This document shows, piece by piece, positions 23,662 through 32,887 of a stretch of DNA of 42,437 nucleotides. The stretch comes from an uncultured Verrucomicrobiota bacterium (GTDB lineage: Bacteria > Verrucomicrobiota > Verrucomicrobiia > Limisphaerales > CAZKNW01). The position numbers and the translations under genes were made by a program. The stretch is taken from contig CAZKNW010000001.1 in NCBI GenBank assembly GCA_964554035.1, forward strand, positions 1-42,437, in the 5' to 3' direction. The number at the start of each line of letters is the position of its first letter. Position 1 is the first letter of the stretch. The notes under the pieces were generated by a model that searched no databases, was not told the DNA's origin, and saw only the letters and a list, made by a program, of their open reading frames with translations.

Positions 23662-25878
23662 CTAGAGCGCATTGAGGTATACGGCGTCCGCCTCGTAGGA
23701 GATCTTGTATTTCCTGCCTTCGGGGGAGGTCACGATGTTCTCAGGGTTGTCGAATTGTCCCAGGATTTCCTTGGCGGACACGAGTTTTCGACGGGATTCC
23801 TTCACGGTGCCCGAGATGGCCAGGCGGCCTGAAAGCCGGAGGCTTCCCTTGACCTGGAGCTGGGCTTGCGGGGCTTCATCAAGGAGGAATGCCAATTGCC
23901 CCTCGGGGGACTGGTGGAAGTCAGCCCCAATGGTCATGTTGCCCTTGAGCTTGATGGCTCCCGATGTGTAGACCGTTGCATCGATGCGGCCTGATCCGAG
24001 AATGGAGGCGCCTTCGCGCACTTCGATCCAGCGAAGGGAGGACAGGCTGCCGTCTTTGAGATGAATCGTACCTTTCATGCCAACTCGAATCTCGTTGCGT
24101 CCATGGACATCGCGTTCGTCATCAACAAGCAGGATCTGCCATGCCTTGTCGCCAGAGACTTCAAGTCCGAGAAATTCCAGGTCCTTGTCGACGAGGACGT
24201 ATCGGTCCTCCTCGAGCTTGTTGTTGATGGTCGCTGTCCATGATGAGCGTGGTGCACCCTTGTCCGTCGTGTAGGTGATGCCTTCATTGGCATAGGTGTA
24301 GTCCGACCAGTTCTCCGGATCGGAGGCCTTTCCTCCATTGGGCCCGGTCCACCGGTGATAGGTGTTTGCAAAACCCTTCGGCTCCGTGGCCCGTTCTCCG
24401 ATGAGCAGCTTCTCGAGCCTTGCCACTTCTTCCGGCATATCATTGGCGAGATCGTTCTTCTCGGATGAATCCGCCTTCAGGTTATAGAGCGAGAGGTTCT
24501 TGCCTGTTTTCACCAGCTTGGTGTTGCCTTCGATGATGGATTGGCTCCTTCCCGCCTCATGGATGAGGAATGCGCGGTGGCGTTGCTGTCCCTGTCCGGT
24601 GATCGTGGGGGCAATGGAGACACCATCAATGCTCAGCGGAGCAGGGATGTCAGCAAGTTCGCAGAAGGTGGGAAGGAGATCACTGACGTCGAGGACGATG
24701 TCGGTGCTGGTGCCTGGCTTGAGTTGGGATTTGTCCGTAAGGACGCCTGGCCACCGCATCAGGGTGGGGATGCGGATGCCTCCCTCATGGATCTGGCCCT
24801 TCTGCCCGCGCAATCCGCCGTTGGCCGCGAATTCCTCACGTGCCTTGTGCTGGGGACCACCGTTGTCGGACTGGAAGATGACGAGTGTGTTACTGGCAAT
24901 GGAGTCATCCTTGTTTCCATCCCCATCTGGATCTTCCAGGGCGTTCAGCAGGTTGCCGATGTGTCCATCGATGCGGGTGACCATGGCGGCCCATTGTTTC
25001 GACTGGTCGTTCAGCTGCGAGAAGAAGGGGAGGTCCCGGTAGGCCTTGTCCCACTCGGGCAGTTGCTCGATCTCTCCGAAGGGCGCATGGGGAACCTGGA
25101 CGGCGAGAAGGCCGAAGAAGGGCTTTCCCGAGTCGCGGTAGGTCTTGGCTCCCTTGCGGACGAAATCGAGGGCTGCGAAGGCATAGACGTCGTCGCAGTA
25201 GGCGGTCTTCGGGTAGCGCGGGTCGTTTTGCAGGGCAGGTTCTTCCGGGTAGGTCTGGTTGCCCTGGATCGGCTTGAGTGAGTTGGGGATCAGATACATG
25301 CCGCCCTTCGATCCTTTGGGAGCGGGGGCTGCCCAGAGCGTTGGCTGAAAGAAGGTGTGAGCCCGTACGTGATGGAGCTCTGCCGCGACGTGTTGATAGC
25401 CATGTGAGGTGGGAAGGGTCTGGACATTCTCAATGACCGGGTTGGGCTGGCTCTTGGAGCCTCCGTAACCCCACTTGCCCCAGTAACCAGTCGTGTAGCC
25501 TGCCTTGGAAAGCGCGTCGCCCATCAGGACGTCGTCGGCGCGCATGGCCTTCTTGGCGTTGTCGGGATCATTGCGGTCGGCAAAGGTGTGCCCCTGATGA
25601 AAGCCCGATTGTTGGGAGGAGCGGGCAGGGGAGCAGACGGTGCAGCCGTAGGAGCGGGTGAAGTTGACTCCTTCCCTTGCCAGCCGGTCGAGATTGGGGG
25701 TGATCAGATGAGGAAGGCCTTTTTCCTTTCGCTCCCATTGCCCGTTGGGACCGATGGATCCCCAGCCCATGTCGTCAACATAGATGTAGAGAATGTTGGG
25801 TCTGGGCGCCTCTGAGCCGAAAACATCGGGGAGGGCGACGCAGATGAGAATGAGTGCAAATAAAATTCGATCAACCAT
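23662..25878 (-). CDS. Secreted Cys-type sulfatase with a C-terminal beta-rich extension of about 230 aa
   Basis: ORF trimmed to the ATG at 25876-25878 (MVDRILFALILICVALPDVFG). It has YVDDMGWGS and the motif VCSPARSSQQSG. The C-terminal region (TYHRWTGPNGG ... KISYEADAVYLNAL) lies outside the catalytic fold. Confidence 0.85.
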   Translation of the reverse strand: MVDRILFALILICVALPDVFGSEAPRPNILYIYVDDMGWGSIGPNGQWERKEKGLPHLITPNLDRLAREGVNFTRSYGCTVCSPARSSQQSGFHQGHTFADRNDPDNAKKAMRADDVLMGDALSKAGYTTGYWGKWGYGGSKSQPNPVIENVQTLPTSHGYQHVAAELHHVRAHTFFQPTLWAAPAPKGSKGGMYLIPNSLKPIQGNQTYPEEPALQNDPRYPKTAYCDDVYAFAALDFVRKGAKTYRDSGKPFFGLLAVQVPHAPFGEIEQLPEWDKAYRDLPFFSQLNDQSKQWAAMVTRIDGHIGNLLNALEDPDGDGNKDDSIASNTLVIFQSDNGGPQHKAREEFAANGGLRGQKGQIHEGGIRIPTLMRWPGVLTDKSQLKPGTSTDIVLDVSDLLPTFCELADIPAPLSIDGVSIAPTITGQGQQRHRAFLIHEAGRSQSIIEGNTKLVKTGKNLSLYNLKADSSEKNDLANDMPEEVARLEKLLIGERATEPKGFANTYHRWTGPNGGKASDPENWSDYTYANEGITYTTDKGAPRSSWTATINNKLEEDRYVLVDKDLEFLGLEVSGDKAWQILLVDDERDVHGRNEIRVGMKGTIHLKDGSLSSLRWIEVREGASILGSGRIDATVYTSGAIKLKGNMTIGADFHQSPEGQLAFLLDEAPQAQLQVKGSLRLSGRLAISGTVKESRRKLVSAKEILGQFDNPENIVTSPEGRKYKISYEADAVYLNAL

Positions 25879-26032
25879 GGTGTCAGGGATTCCATTGGGG
25901 ATAGGACGAGATCCCTTTCCTGTCACTGAATTTGTGTTTCCGGGTTTCCGGGCTGGCCTTGTGTGCCTTCGTGAATCCGGGCGTGACCTTGGGAGGCGTT
26001 TGGGAGATCTTTGAACAATCCCGTTCAGTTTC

Positions 26033-27151
26033 ATGATAAAAAATCCACGCCCCCGTTTCTCATTCGTTTTCCTGTTACTTGGCCTGTTGTCCGTTGGAGC
26101 CAGTTCTGGCGCGGACAAGGCCGTTACCACGGGAGACTTTGACAGGGTGGTGTTGGCTGAGCTCGAACGCCAGGAGACCGTTGGTGTGGCGGTTGGCGTC
26201 ATCATCGACAACCGGATTGTTTATTTGAACGGCTACGGCTGGGCGGACCGTGAAAGGGAGATTCCGGTCGACACCCAGACGCTCTTTCGCTGGGCGTCCA
26301 TCTCCAAGCCCTTGACCGCCCTCGCGGCCATGCAGTTGAGTGAACAGGGCAGGCTCGACATCGATGCGGACGTGAGGACCTACCTGCCGGAGTTTCCCGA
26401 CAAGGAGGCGAAGATCACCAGCCGTCAGTTGATGGGGCATCTGGGTGGGATTGTTCACTATTCGAATGGGCCTGTGGTCAGGACCAAACGGGACTATGAT
26501 AACGAGCATCCCTTCAAGGATGTGGTGCTGGCCCTGGATACCTTCAAGGAATCGCCGCTGGTGTATCCACCGGGTGAGAAATATTCCTACACCACGCATG
26601 GATTCATCCTGTTGAGTGCCGTCGTGCAAAGGGCGGGAGGTGAGCCTTTCGATCTCCAGGTCCAGAAGCGGATTGCGGATCCCCTGGGCATGGACACCCT
26701 GCAACCCGACTACCAGTGGAAGGACATTCCCAACCGGGCCAGGGGATACATGCGTGTCGCCGGAGTGGTGGTACCCTCCACCAACACCGATGTCAGCTGG
26801 AAGCTGGGTGGCGGTGGGTATCTGTCCAATGTCGGGGACCTGGCCCGACTGGCGGAAGGACTGCTGCAGGGAAAACTGATCTCAGAGGAGACCCGCAAGC
26901 TCATGTGGACGCGACAGAAAACGAACTCAGGCAAACGGATTGGTTATGGCATGGGCTTCAATGTCTCCGGTGAGGGAAGTGACCTGAAGGTTTCCCACGG
27001 CGGATCACAGGAAAAGGTGAAGACCCGGATGGAGATCCATCCGGGCAAGGGAACGGGAGTCGTGGTCATGTGCAATGCCCGGCACGCGAATCCCACGAAG
27101 TTTTCCGAGTTGATCTTTGAACTGATCGAACCCGGTAAGGAAGAAAAGTAG
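26033..27151 (+). CDS. Secreted serine hydrolase, beta-lactamase/class C-like family
   Basis: Signal peptide present. It has the S-x-x-K motif (SISKPLT), the Y-x-N motif (HYSNGP) and an HGG box in place of KTG. Confidence 0.8.
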   Translation: MIKNPRPRFSFVFLLLGLLSVGASSGADKAVTTGDFDRVVLAELERQETVGVAVGVIIDNRIVYLNGYGWADREREIPVDTQTLFRWASISKPLTALAAMQLSEQGRLDIDADVRTYLPEFPDKEAKITSRQLMGHLGGIVHYSNGPVVRTKRDYDNEHPFKDVVLALDTFKESPLVYPPGEKYSYTTHGFILLSAVVQRAGGEPFDLQVQKRIADPLGMDTLQPDYQWKDIPNRARGYMRVAGVVVPSTNTDVSWKLGGGGYLSNVGDLARLAEGLLQGKLISEETRKLMWTRQKTNSGKRIGYGMGFNVSGEGSDLKVSHGGSQEKVKTRMEIHPGKGTGVVVMCNARHANPTKFSELIFELIEPGKEEK

Positions 27152-27186
27152 AATCGGATGTCATTCCGATCACTTCAGATTGTGTC

Positions 27187-27208
27187 GCCCCTCCGGGGCT
27201 TTAGGTTT
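27187..27208 (+). terminator. Possible weak intrinsic terminator after the serine hydrolase gene
   Basis: GCCCC-TCC-GGGGC (5-bp stem) is followed by TTTAGGTTT. The stem is short and the T tract is interrupted. Confidence 0.3.
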
Positions 27209-27277
27209 GAGGGTGGGCTTTGATTCCGGTGGCTGACGCGCACCGGCTACCCTCTGTCGGCCCTCCGGGCCTCTGAA

Positions 27278-28546
27278 TTAGCGTCCGGCGTGTTTGATGA
27301 CTGCCTTGAGGAAGGCGTCCTTGATGTGGGCCGGTGCCGCATGTGCCATGGCGGGTTCGTTCAATACGGTCTTGGGTCCCTTGAGCTGATTGTAGGCGGC
27401 ATAACATGAGGTTGGAGGACAGACCGGATCGATGAATCCCACGCTCATGATGGCTTCTGCCTTGCAGCGATTGGCGAAGTTGACGGCGTCGATGTAGCGG
27501 GTTGCCTCGAGGACCTTTGGGTCGGGTTTCCCGTCCACCATGGGAACGATCTTGGGCCAGCCACTGATCCGGTCGGCTGCGTTGCCTGAGTGATCGCAAC
27601 CGGCGGGAACTCCCGAACCGATGAAGGTGACCCGCGGATCAATTCCCCCTGCCACCAGCGCCTGCAGCCCACCCTGGCTGTGCCCGATCACGGCCACGGT
27701 CCTGCCATCCCATTCGGGCAGGGAGGTCAGGTAGTCGATGGCTCGGACCAGCCTGAGGAACATGCCGTTGAAGTAAATTGTTTCGCGATCTTCGCGGCCA
27801 TCATGCCGGTAGGTCTTCAATTCTCCCTTGCTCAGGTCCTGGTAGAACTTGCCCGGCTTTCCGTTGGGGATGCCATGGGCGTTGATGTCCATGGAGATCA
27901 TGCCGTTCCTGGCGCCCTGGACCGCATTGCCCAGGCTGGAGCTGCGGACGCCCGCACCGTGGACCCAGAGAATGATCGGATGCCCCTTGGCCTTGGCGTT
28001 CTTCGGCAGGGCGAGGTAGCCGGAAACGGGTTTGCCAAGACAGGTGATCTGCGTGTCGAAACAATCGGCATCCTTGCTGGTCACCGCCGTCCGTGTGGCC
28101 TTCATCGGAATTCCGGCCAGCCTTTGCTTCTGCTTCGCCCAGAATTCATCGAAGTCGTCGGGCACGGGCAGGCTTGCCTTGATCTGAAGAGGCGAAATTG
28201 CGGCGGCGCCAACCGCCGTCAACGTCTTGCCTTGGGCGGGCTTGTAGGATGCGACGCAGCGCAGGAACCCGGGCTTGCCCATGGAACCCTCAATCGTGGC
28301 GGTGCCATCCTTGAGATGAACCTTTCCCTTCTTGAGTTCGTTGAACCCGTCTTCGGAAAGGACAAAGTTGACCGATCCGCCTGGATCCTCAGAGTCGGAC
28401 AACCGGACATGGAACACGACGGTGTCTCCGGTCTTGTAGGTGGCATCCTCCTGGTTCGTCTGGACCTTCAGGGACGGGGCGGATAGGAGGGGTGAGGCAC
28501 TGAGAATAAGCAGCAGTGCCGCAAGGTAGGATAGGTGCTTCTTCAT
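27278..28546 (-). CDS. Secreted acetyl-xylan-esterase-like (AXE1/CE7-like) alpha/beta hydrolase
   Basis: Signal peptide, an N-terminal beta-rich domain, and the nucleophile elbow VIGHSQGG (GxSQGG). Other CE7 signatures are not clearly seen. Confidence 0.7.
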   Translation of the reverse strand: MKKHLSYLAALLLILSASPLLSAPSLKVQTNQEDATYKTGDTVVFHVRLSDSEDPGGSVNFVLSEDGFNELKKGKVHLKDGTATIEGSMGKPGFLRCVASYKPAQGKTLTAVGAAAISPLQIKASLPVPDDFDEFWAKQKQRLAGIPMKATRTAVTSKDADCFDTQITCLGKPVSGYLALPKNAKAKGHPIILWVHGAGVRSSSLGNAVQGARNGMISMDINAHGIPNGKPGKFYQDLSKGELKTYRHDGREDRETIYFNGMFLRLVRAIDYLTSLPEWDGRTVAVIGHSQGGLQALVAGGIDPRVTFIGSGVPAGCDHSGNAADRISGWPKIVPMVDGKPDPKVLEATRYIDAVNFANRCKAEAIMSVGFIDPVCPPTSCYAAYNQLKGPKTVLNEPAMAHAAPAHIKDAFLKAVIKHAGR

Positions 28547-28568
28547 GTCGTTCGTATTACTTTTGAAA

Positions 28569-30047
28569 CTAGAAAATCTGGTTCTTCCTGTTGATCTTCT
28601 GGGCTTTTCTGGGGCCGTAGGTCCGGGTCATGACCTCATCGACCCTGCTCCGGTCATGGCGGTTCTGAAAGGCTTCCAGCATGGGGTCGTCCGTCTTCCT
28701 CATCTGGGCTTCAAGGCGGTTGCGAAGTTCATTGAGGATGTCGGACTGCTCCGGTTGGTCGATCAGGTTGCGCAGGCAGTCTGGATCCTTCTCGAGGTTG
28801 TAGAGTTCCTCCGGGACCCGGTAACGAAAGAGTCGGATCCGTGCAGCAATGGCGGGATCCGAGGAAGCGGCGTCGTTCATGGCTGCCATGGTCTTTCCCT
28901 CGTTGTTGTTCTTGTACCAGTATTTGCCGTCGCTGAACGGATTGTAGATGTAGCCATAGTTTGCGTCCTGAACGGCCCGCATTGGGACATACTGGCCGCC
29001 GGCCTTGGAATCGATCTGGGTGAAGACGTGCAATCGTCCCTCCTGTTTCCGACCCTTCAGCAGAGGAACGAAGGAGCGGCCATCCAGGCCATCAGGACCT
29101 TGGACGCCGGTGGCTTCCAGGAAAGTGGGGAACAGATCGACCACCGAGACGAAATGTTGCTTGTCCTTCGAACCCGGCTTCACGACGCCGGGCCATCGAA
29201 CCAGAAGTGGCGAGTGGGTGCTGTGGAACCAGGCATTGCACTTGGCAAAGGGAACGGCGATCCCATTGTCGGTGATGAAAAGGACGAGTGTTTCCTCGGC
29301 AAGCCCAGATTCCCCAAGTGCCTTCATGACCGCTCCGAAGGTGTCGTCGAGCCGGCGTGTGGAATTAAGGTAATGGGCCAGTTCCTGACGCACGCCGGGG
29401 AGATCGGGAAGGAAGCCGGGAACATCCACCTCTTCGGGTTCGTAGGTCCGGGAGGGCATGGCCGCTCCCCTCGTTAATTTGGCGGGGTTGCAGTAGGGGC
29501 GGTGTGGGTCATGGGAATTGACCATGAAGTAGAAGGGCTTGCCGGCGTCCTTGCACTGCTTGAAAAAGACTTCACAGCGTTTGGCGTAGATCCCGGGATT
29601 GCGTCCGTTTCCCAGTTCCTTCTGGTCGAAGGCATAGTCCCATTTCATGGACTTCTTGGGGGTGGAATGGCCGACCTTTCCAAGGATGCCGGTATGGTAG
29701 CCGCTTTTTTTCAGTGTGGTGACGATGTCAGGGACATCCTCACGTGCCGGCATGAATCCCATGGCCCCGGATCGATGGCTGTAGCGTCCCGTGGCAATGA
29801 TGGCCCGGCAGGGTGCACAGATGGCCGCATTCACATGGGCGCGCTGAAACAGCATTCCCTCGCCGGCGAAGGCATCCAGGTTCGGTGTCAGGTCCTTCAC
29901 CTTTCCGCCGTAGATGCCAAGCGATTCGGCATGAAGATCATCCGCGGTGAAGAGGAGGATATTGGTGCGCCCGGCAGCGTGGAGGGACAGACAGGCCAGG
30001 AAAAGGACCGAAGCCACGGTGAGGAACCTCGAAAGGACAGGGAACAT
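28569..30047 (-). CDS. Secreted Cys-type sulfatase
   Basis: Signal peptide MFPVLSRFLTVASVLFLACLSLHA, then FTADDLH and the motif ICAPCRAIIATG. Confidence 0.9.
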   Translation of the reverse strand: MFPVLSRFLTVASVLFLACLSLHAAGRTNILLFTADDLHAESLGIYGGKVKDLTPNLDAFAGEGMLFQRAHVNAAICAPCRAIIATGRYSHRSGAMGFMPAREDVPDIVTTLKKSGYHTGILGKVGHSTPKKSMKWDYAFDQKELGNGRNPGIYAKRCEVFFKQCKDAGKPFYFMVNSHDPHRPYCNPAKLTRGAAMPSRTYEPEEVDVPGFLPDLPGVRQELAHYLNSTRRLDDTFGAVMKALGESGLAEETLVLFITDNGIAVPFAKCNAWFHSTHSPLLVRWPGVVKPGSKDKQHFVSVVDLFPTFLEATGVQGPDGLDGRSFVPLLKGRKQEGRLHVFTQIDSKAGGQYVPMRAVQDANYGYIYNPFSDGKYWYKNNNEGKTMAAMNDAASSDPAIAARIRLFRYRVPEELYNLEKDPDCLRNLIDQPEQSDILNELRNRLEAQMRKTDDPMLEAFQNRHDRSRVDEVMTRTYGPRKAQKINRKNQIF

Positions 30048-30229
30048 GGGAGGGATGATGAATGGGATCCGGAGGCATTTCCACCGGAAATATCCAGGAA
30101 CCCATCTCAGGAATCGAAATCCATCTCACGCCAAGGGATGCCATTGATGAAATGGGCACCTGATGGAATCGTGTTTTGGACCGTGCCAAATCACGGACTT
30201 GGCCCTACGCTTCCAAGACACTCAAGACC

Positions 30230-30862
30230 ATGAATACAGTTTCCTGTTCCCGTTCCTCCGCTTTCCGGTATTCCCTCCTCCTGACAGCCTTTTTCCTCCT
30301 CGGGGGATTGCATACCTGGGCGGATGGTTTGGTGGATGATTTCGGAAGTGCCAAGCACCCCACCCGTCAGGCGCTGCGTGGCGACTGGAAGTTTGAAGGC
30401 GGTGTGGCGAGCTGCGTGGCGGATCCCGAGCTGTACAAGAAATACAAGGACCACGGTCCGATCCTACGCTGGCCGGTTGAATTCACGGATGGGACGGTGA
30501 CCTTCGAGATGAAGCCAAAGGACTGTCAGCGCATCGTCGTGACCCTCAACGAAGCAGGGCATGTCTTCCGTTGTTCGCTGGCAGCGGATGGGCGTTCGCG
30601 GATCTTCGGCTGGTCGGGCCCTTCGAAGGAGAACAAGCCGACTCCCATCGCCAGCGACGGTGTTCCATCAGCCAAGCAGCTGGAAGACAAGTGGACGCCT
30701 TGTGAGATCAGCATCAAGGGGGGAAAGGGGGAGATCCGGATCGGTGATTTTGAGGGGCGTTTCGAGCATGCCTGTTTCTCCCGAAAGAAGGGTGAGTTCA
30801 CCATCAGTTTCGCCTTTGGAGATCTGGCGGTCAGGAAGGTTCGCGTGACCCCGGCAGACTGA
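30230..30862 (+). CDS. Secreted LamG/concanavalin-like (DUF1080-type) protein
   Basis: ORF trimmed to the ATG at 30230. Hydrophobic leader, then VDDFGS ... WKFEGG ... TFEMKP ... EISIKGGKGEIRIGD. First gene of a five-gene plus-strand cluster. Confidence 0.55.
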   Translation: MNTVSCSRSSAFRYSLLLTAFFLLGGLHTWADGLVDDFGSAKHPTRQALRGDWKFEGGVASCVADPELYKKYKDHGPILRWPVEFTDGTVTFEMKPKDCQRIVVTLNEAGHVFRCSLAADGRSRIFGWSGPSKENKPTPIASDGVPSAKQLEDKWTPCEISIKGGKGEIRIGDFEGRFEHACFSRKKGEFTISFAFGDLAVRKVRVTPAD

Positions 30863-30887
30863 AGTGTCATCCTTCGCCCAGAACCTC

Positions 30888-31286
30888 ATGACCCTTGTGC
30901 GATTGCGAAACCTGCTTCCGCTGCTTTGCCTGGTCTTGCTCGCAGGATGCGGGCCCCGAAAGACCAGCCGGCTTCCTGCCCTTGTGACCCACATGAAACA
31001 GGGTGGCATCCATGGCAAGATCTCGGGAGGTGCGGGGCTTTGCCGTGATTCCGTGGACCACGTGACACTGACGCTTTCCATGCACGAAGGAGGCTTCAAG
31101 ATCGTTGCCATCGACGAGTGCCCGAGTGCGGATGCCGCAAAAGCCTGCCTTGAGGGGCTGGATGCCGGAACCTTCGATGCGGTCGCGAGTCATGGCCCCT
31201 TTGTGATGGCCTGCAACTTCCTTCCTGACAACACGGGCGAGGCAGGAGAGGTGATCAAGGTCTTCAAGAGTTTTCCATTGCCATGA
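30888..31286 (+). CDS. Small lipoprotein of unknown function
   Basis: Lipobox LLAGC follows a hydrophobic leader (MTLVRLRNLLPLLCLVLLAGC). A GTG at 30864 is an alternative start. Its stop overlaps the next start (ATGA at 31283-31286). Confidence 0.55.
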   Translation: MTLVRLRNLLPLLCLVLLAGCGPRKTSRLPALVTHMKQGGIHGKISGGAGLCRDSVDHVTLTLSMHEGGFKIVAIDECPSADAAKACLEGLDAGTFDAVASHGPFVMACNFLPDNTGEAGEVIKVFKSFPLP

Positions 31287-32833
31287 AACGAATTCGAAAC
31301 GGTTTGGTGTGCCTGCTCCTGGCGGTCGTCAGTATTGGAGCCAGTGCGGAGGATTGGCCCCAAGGTGCGGGAGCGGTGGGTGATTTTCGTGCCGGGCAGC
31401 CTGCACCCACTTCATGGAGTGTGACGCAGGACCGGAACATTGCCTGGAAGCTGACCCTGCCTGAGACGGGGCAGAGCACACCGGTGATCGCCAAGGGGCG
31501 TGTCTTCTTCACCACCATGAAACCGGTTGAGAAGGATTCCGAACTGGGCAAGGACATCGTGGCGTGGTGCGTCGATGCCTCCACCGGCAAGGTCCTCTGG
31601 AAGCGTGATATTGAGGGCAAGCATCCCCTGCGTCTTTCGGGGTGCTTCAGCGACAGTAGTGCACCTCCTGCGGCCTGTGATGGGGAACGCGTTGTTTTCG
31701 CCAATGCCTCTGGCGGCATCGCCTGCTTTGACCTCGAGGGCAATCCCATCTGGAGCAGGGACTACCTCACTGTGGGGCGCACGCTTCCCTTCCTGCATGA
31801 CGGCAAATGGGTGTTTACACGGCAGATATACCCCCCGGATCCGGACGGCAACTTTCCCCACAAGTACAAGGACTCCCCCCTTGAGATGTGGACCCAGCTC
31901 CAGGCCTTGGACCTGACGAGCGGGGAGGTCGTGTGGACCACGAAATGCGGCGTGAACATGGGGTGCGCCATCCTGCCTGCAAGGACAAGGGATGGACGTC
32001 CAGTTGCGGTCGTGGGGCGCGGCGGTGGGCACGGTCCGCCTGAAAAGCCGGAAGGGATCTCGATGGTGGACCTGGACAACGGTGAAACCCTATGGACCCT
32101 CCCCTTGGAGGGGTTCATGGGAACCATGAGTTACCGGCTCTTTGGCGGCAGGGTCCACATCTTTCACAAGGGGGAGCATCTTTCCATCAGCGAGAAGGAT
32201 GGCTCGATCGTGAAGCGGATCAACATCCTTGAGGATGTTCCCGTGAGGGCACGTGGTCCAAAGGGGTTGGAGTTGCGTCGTGAGACGATCAAGGACACGG
32301 GCAAGAACCGGATGATCACCCAGACATCGAATCTCCTTGTGGGGCGTTGGCATTATTTCCGCAGCTACACCATGCCCTATCTTGGCCGTGTGGATGTGGA
32401 TGCAGGGACGGTCGAATACATCGAGCTTCCCCTTCAGCTCAGGAGGGAGAAGGGTGCCAAGGATGATTACCTCTGGTATGCCGCGCCGCGGTCCAAGCAG
32501 GACAGGCAGATGAAGGACCAGACCTTTGTACCCAATGACATGAAGAATTCGCGGGGCCTTGTGGTGTATGGAGACAAGCGTTCCATGGGCAGCGGCTTTG
32601 GCCACATTGCCGCAGCGACCCCATCCGTGGCAGGCGGAAACCTCTACGTCCCTGTCATGAACGGGACGGTCTATGTCATCCGCTGGAATGCGGCGGAACT
32701 TCTTGAGAATGCCGTCGTGGGAATCAACGACCTCGGCCCTGTCGGGCAGTCCTATCATCGTGCGAGCCTGTCCTTTGCCGATGGGAGGATCTATGCCCAC
32801 ACCATCCGGGAGCTGATCTGCATCGGGGAATGA
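31283..32833 (+). CDS. Secreted PQQ-like/BamB-like beta-propeller repeat protein
   Basis: Signal peptide present. There are repeated strand-turn motifs of the type TPVIAKGRVFFTT, GKVLWKRD, GEVVWTT, GNLYVPVMNGTVYV and DGRIYAHT. Confidence 0.6.
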   Translation: MKRIRNGLVCLLLAVVSIGASAEDWPQGAGAVGDFRAGQPAPTSWSVTQDRNIAWKLTLPETGQSTPVIAKGRVFFTTMKPVEKDSELGKDIVAWCVDASTGKVLWKRDIEGKHPLRLSGCFSDSSAPPAACDGERVVFANASGGIACFDLEGNPIWSRDYLTVGRTLPFLHDGKWVFTRQIYPPDPDGNFPHKYKDSPLEMWTQLQALDLTSGEVVWTTKCGVNMGCAILPARTRDGRPVAVVGRGGGHGPPEKPEGISMVDLDNGETLWTLPLEGFMGTMSYRLFGGRVHIFHKGEHLSISEKDGSIVKRINILEDVPVRARGPKGLELRRETIKDTGKNRMITQTSNLLVGRWHYFRSYTMPYLGRVDVDAGTVEYIELPLQLRREKGAKDDYLWYAAPRSKQDRQMKDQTFVPNDMKNSRGLVVYGDKRSMGSGFGHIAAATPSVAGGNLYVPVMNGTVYVIRWNAAELLENAVVGINDLGPVGQSYHRASLSFADGRIYAHTIRELICIGE

Positions 32834-32887
32834 GGCTGGTGGCAATCGGCTTGTGACAAATCGGAAGGCCTGCTCTACGCTTCCTGT

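Noticed and set aside
23662-26211. Extended N-termini offered by the ORF track: 23662..26211, 3438..5150, 5944..7629, 277..1686, 10062..11489, 8055..8792, 35910..37406, 30176..30862.
   Set aside because: Internal ATGs directly precede typical signal peptides or conserved N-terminal blocks. The extensions are Arg/Pro/Ser-rich and overlap neighbouring genes or divergent promoters.
30102-30128. Pairs of 8-mers in other divergent promoter gaps: CCATCTCA at 30102 and 30121, CAGAAACG at 37334 and 37386, TTTCCGGG tandem at about 25936, GCGCAA tandem at about 20612, and the hairpin GACCGTTG-N6-CAACGGTC at 11460-11481.
   Set aside because: A single duplicated 8-mer within 120-180 bp is reasonably likely by chance, and there is no third copy or cross-locus recurrence. 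They are noted as possible operators but are too weak to claim.
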